A stretch of 63,610 bases of DNA, counting the filler, from Globobulimina sp. (Eukaryota): assembly GCA_003354225.1 (NCBI GenBank). It is 17 parts of 17 records of this genome, joined end to end, with 100 filler letters (N's around TTAATTAATTAA, not from the genome) between each part and the next. Parts side by side here need not be neighbours in the genome. Positions count along the whole stretch, not along the records: positions 59,969 to 63,610 come from PIVH01002337.1; 16 more parts are not named here. The stretch is one strand, 5' to 3'. This document shows positions 61,915-63,610 of the stretch, piece by piece. The notes under the pieces were generated by a model that was not told the origin of the DNA, did no database searches, and saw nothing but the letters and a program-made list of their open reading frames with translations. Made by a program: the position numbers and the translations under genes. Position 1 is the first letter of the stretch, and each line of letters starts with the position of its first letter.

Positions 61915-63369
61915 ATGTCCGTCAATAAGGCAGTTTCGACGCTATATTTTATCATTCTCGGAATAAATATTTTGATATTAGCTCCAATGAGTTTTTATTA
62001 TTGTTACAAATTATGGAAACTCAGAGAAAAGACATTATTATGCAAACGCTATCCAACATTGGTAGTACTCATTATATTTTTTGCATATATCTATACCATA
62101 ATAGTCCGTCCAATTGCTGATTTTCCTCGAATGATACCGAATATTATCAATTATGGATTTAGCTCTGCGGTTCGAGCATTATTTTATAATTCATTTCATA
62201 TTTTTTATAGTTTGGCATATTACAGAACATGGATACTTTATTATGACTATTCGCGCGGAATGCAATTAATAAGAACAGAATGGAAATCACGTATAAACTC
62301 AGAACTCGTTAACTCATATTGGACCATAAAATATTATAAATACTTATCCAGCAAATCTATACTTTTGCCGTTGCTTTGTGTTATGTGGGTATTATTGGTC
62401 GAAGTAAGCATTGCTTTCAGTCGAACCCATATCATACAGCCATTATTTATTGCAGTGTATTTTATATTTTCCATTATTTTAGCCATCAAAGTTCGAACTT
62501 GCAGAGATGAATGCTTTTTTCTTTCAGAATTGAAGAGATTGAGTGTTGTATTTATCATATTTGCATTCTTCTACATATGTTTCAGCGCAGCTTATTCTCA
62601 ACAAACTGCAGAAAAACGCCAAATGAAAGCGTTTCTCACTTATGTGACCGTAGTGATAACGGTATTTATTTGTTCCTTAATAATGACAAAATGGGTGATT
62701 GGACAGTATGAGCGGAAGGTTAATGGAAAGGTTCCGCGCAGTTATATGTCTTCCAAAATGATGGAGAGCTCATTGATTTCTCGAAGGACAGATGTTGAGA
62801 GAGGAAGAATGAAATTTGGTGACATATTGCATAATAAAGATGCGTTAGATTTATTTGCGTTTCATTTAGCTACGGAATTTAGTTTAGAAAATCTCTTGTT
62901 TTTGTTTGAAATGATGCAGTTCAAAATGGAATGTTTAAATAATGGGTTGATTAAAGAAGAAAACATTGGTATTACGCTGGATTTTGGTGTGAATATAAAT
63001 AAACTAAAACGAGACAAGAGTGGCGTTCATGATATGCCATCATTTTATTTTAATTTTGAATATATTTGCAATCGTTATATTGTGGAAGGTGCAGAATATT
63101 GTGTTAATCTTTCAAGTAATACAAGGAAAGAAATAAAATTCATTTTAGCAACATTGCAGGAGGGAAATAATTTATCCTTTACAATTAATATTAAAGCAGA
63201 GGAGGAGTCGTTAGTAAATTGTATGGTTGGCATTGGTTTAGCAATGCACGAAATCATTCGGTTAGTGTCAATGGATAGTTTTACGAGATTTCGTTTGACG
63301 GAACAATTCAAGCAATTAAACTTATATTCAAACCCTGAGTCAAACTTAATTAGTGTGCGTCATAGTTAG
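61915..63369 (+). CDS. 7TM-RGS protein (multi-TM domain plus regulator of G-protein signalling domain)
   Basis: Multiple TM helices followed by LFAFHLATEFSLENLLF, YIVEGAEYCVNLSS and DSFTRF. Confidence 0.88.
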   Translation: MSVNKAVSTLYFIILGINILILAPMSFYYCYKLWKLREKTLLCKRYPTLVVLIIFFAYIYTIIVRPIADFPRMIPNIINYGFSSAVRALFYNSFHIFYSLAYYRTWILYYDYSRGMQLIRTEWKSRINSELVNSYWTIKYYKYLSSKSILLPLLCVMWVLLVEVSIAFSRTHIIQPLFIAVYFIFSIILAIKVRTCRDECFFLSELKRLSVVFIIFAFFYICFSAAYSQQTAEKRQMKAFLTYVTVVITVFICSLIMTKWVIGQYERKVNGKVPRSYMSSKMMESSLISRRTDVERGRMKFGDILHNKDALDLFAFHLATEFSLENLLFLFEMMQFKMECLNNGLIKEENIGITLDFGVNINKLKRDKSGVHDMPSFYFNFEYICNRYIVEGAEYCVNLSSNTRKEIKFILATLQEGNNLSFTINIKAEEESLVNCMVGIGLAMHEIIRLVSMDSFTRFRLTEQFKQLNLYSNPESNLISVRHS

Positions 63370-63394
63370 TATTTCCATACATTTGCTACTACTC

Positions 63395-63610
63395 ATGGCA
63401 TGGCTTCGTAAAACCTCTAAATTACTTCAAAAATTAACAGAATCTACCAATTTATATCCTGACTCAGAATTATGGAATGAATGTTGCAATGCAATTGAAG
63501 AAATTGAAAGTAAGTCTAAAATATCACCATGGTCATTTGACATGTTTTCACCCCTCGTAAACGAGGCAAACAAGATGCTATTGCAACAAAAACAATTATG
63601 GATAACAAAT
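63395..63610 (+). CDS. Hypothetical protein, 3' partial
   Basis: Open frame MAWLRKTSKLLQK... to the window end, starting 25 bp after the RGS stop. Confidence 0.4.
   Translation, partial: MAWLRKTSKLLQKLTESTNLYPDSELWNECCNAIEEIESKSKISPWSFDMFSPLVNEANKMLLQQKQLWITN

Overview
This window is not one locus. It is 17 unrelated contigs of 3652 to 3642 bp, sorted by decreasing length and joined by 16 artificial 100-bp linkers (N44-TTAATTAATTAA-N44), so synteny is only meaningful within a contig. The DNA is AT-rich and eukaryotic, with short (about 50-80 bp) GT-AG introns, the standard genetic code and very short intergenic spacers. The gene families (7TM-RGS, cAMP-receptor-like GPCR, MYND, kelch, SPT mucin repeats, 'LLxxGYI' motif proteins) suggest a protist, plausibly a foraminiferan (inference only). 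Recognisable genes: PP2C fragment, CCCH protein, EDR2/DUF1336 membrane protein, cellular RNA-dependent RNA polymerase, tRNA-Ala(CGC), Na+/solute symporter, M14 peptidases, syntaxin, two halves of a FabF-type synthase, Fe-SOD, PIF/Harbinger transposase, OSCA/TMEM63, GH5 mannanase, PLPBP/YggS, a kinase, PPR-like proteins, a GPCR and a 7TM-RGS. The most notable observations are: a reverse-transcriptase fragment abutting the 3' end of an intact tRNA-Ala; a spliced 55-aa, 8-Cys secreted peptide gene missed by the ORF track; a multi-helix ncRNA candidate; a pre-miRNA-like intronic hairpin; and frame-disrupting lesions in many otherwise good genes. All calls come from reading motifs by eye; no database searches were run.
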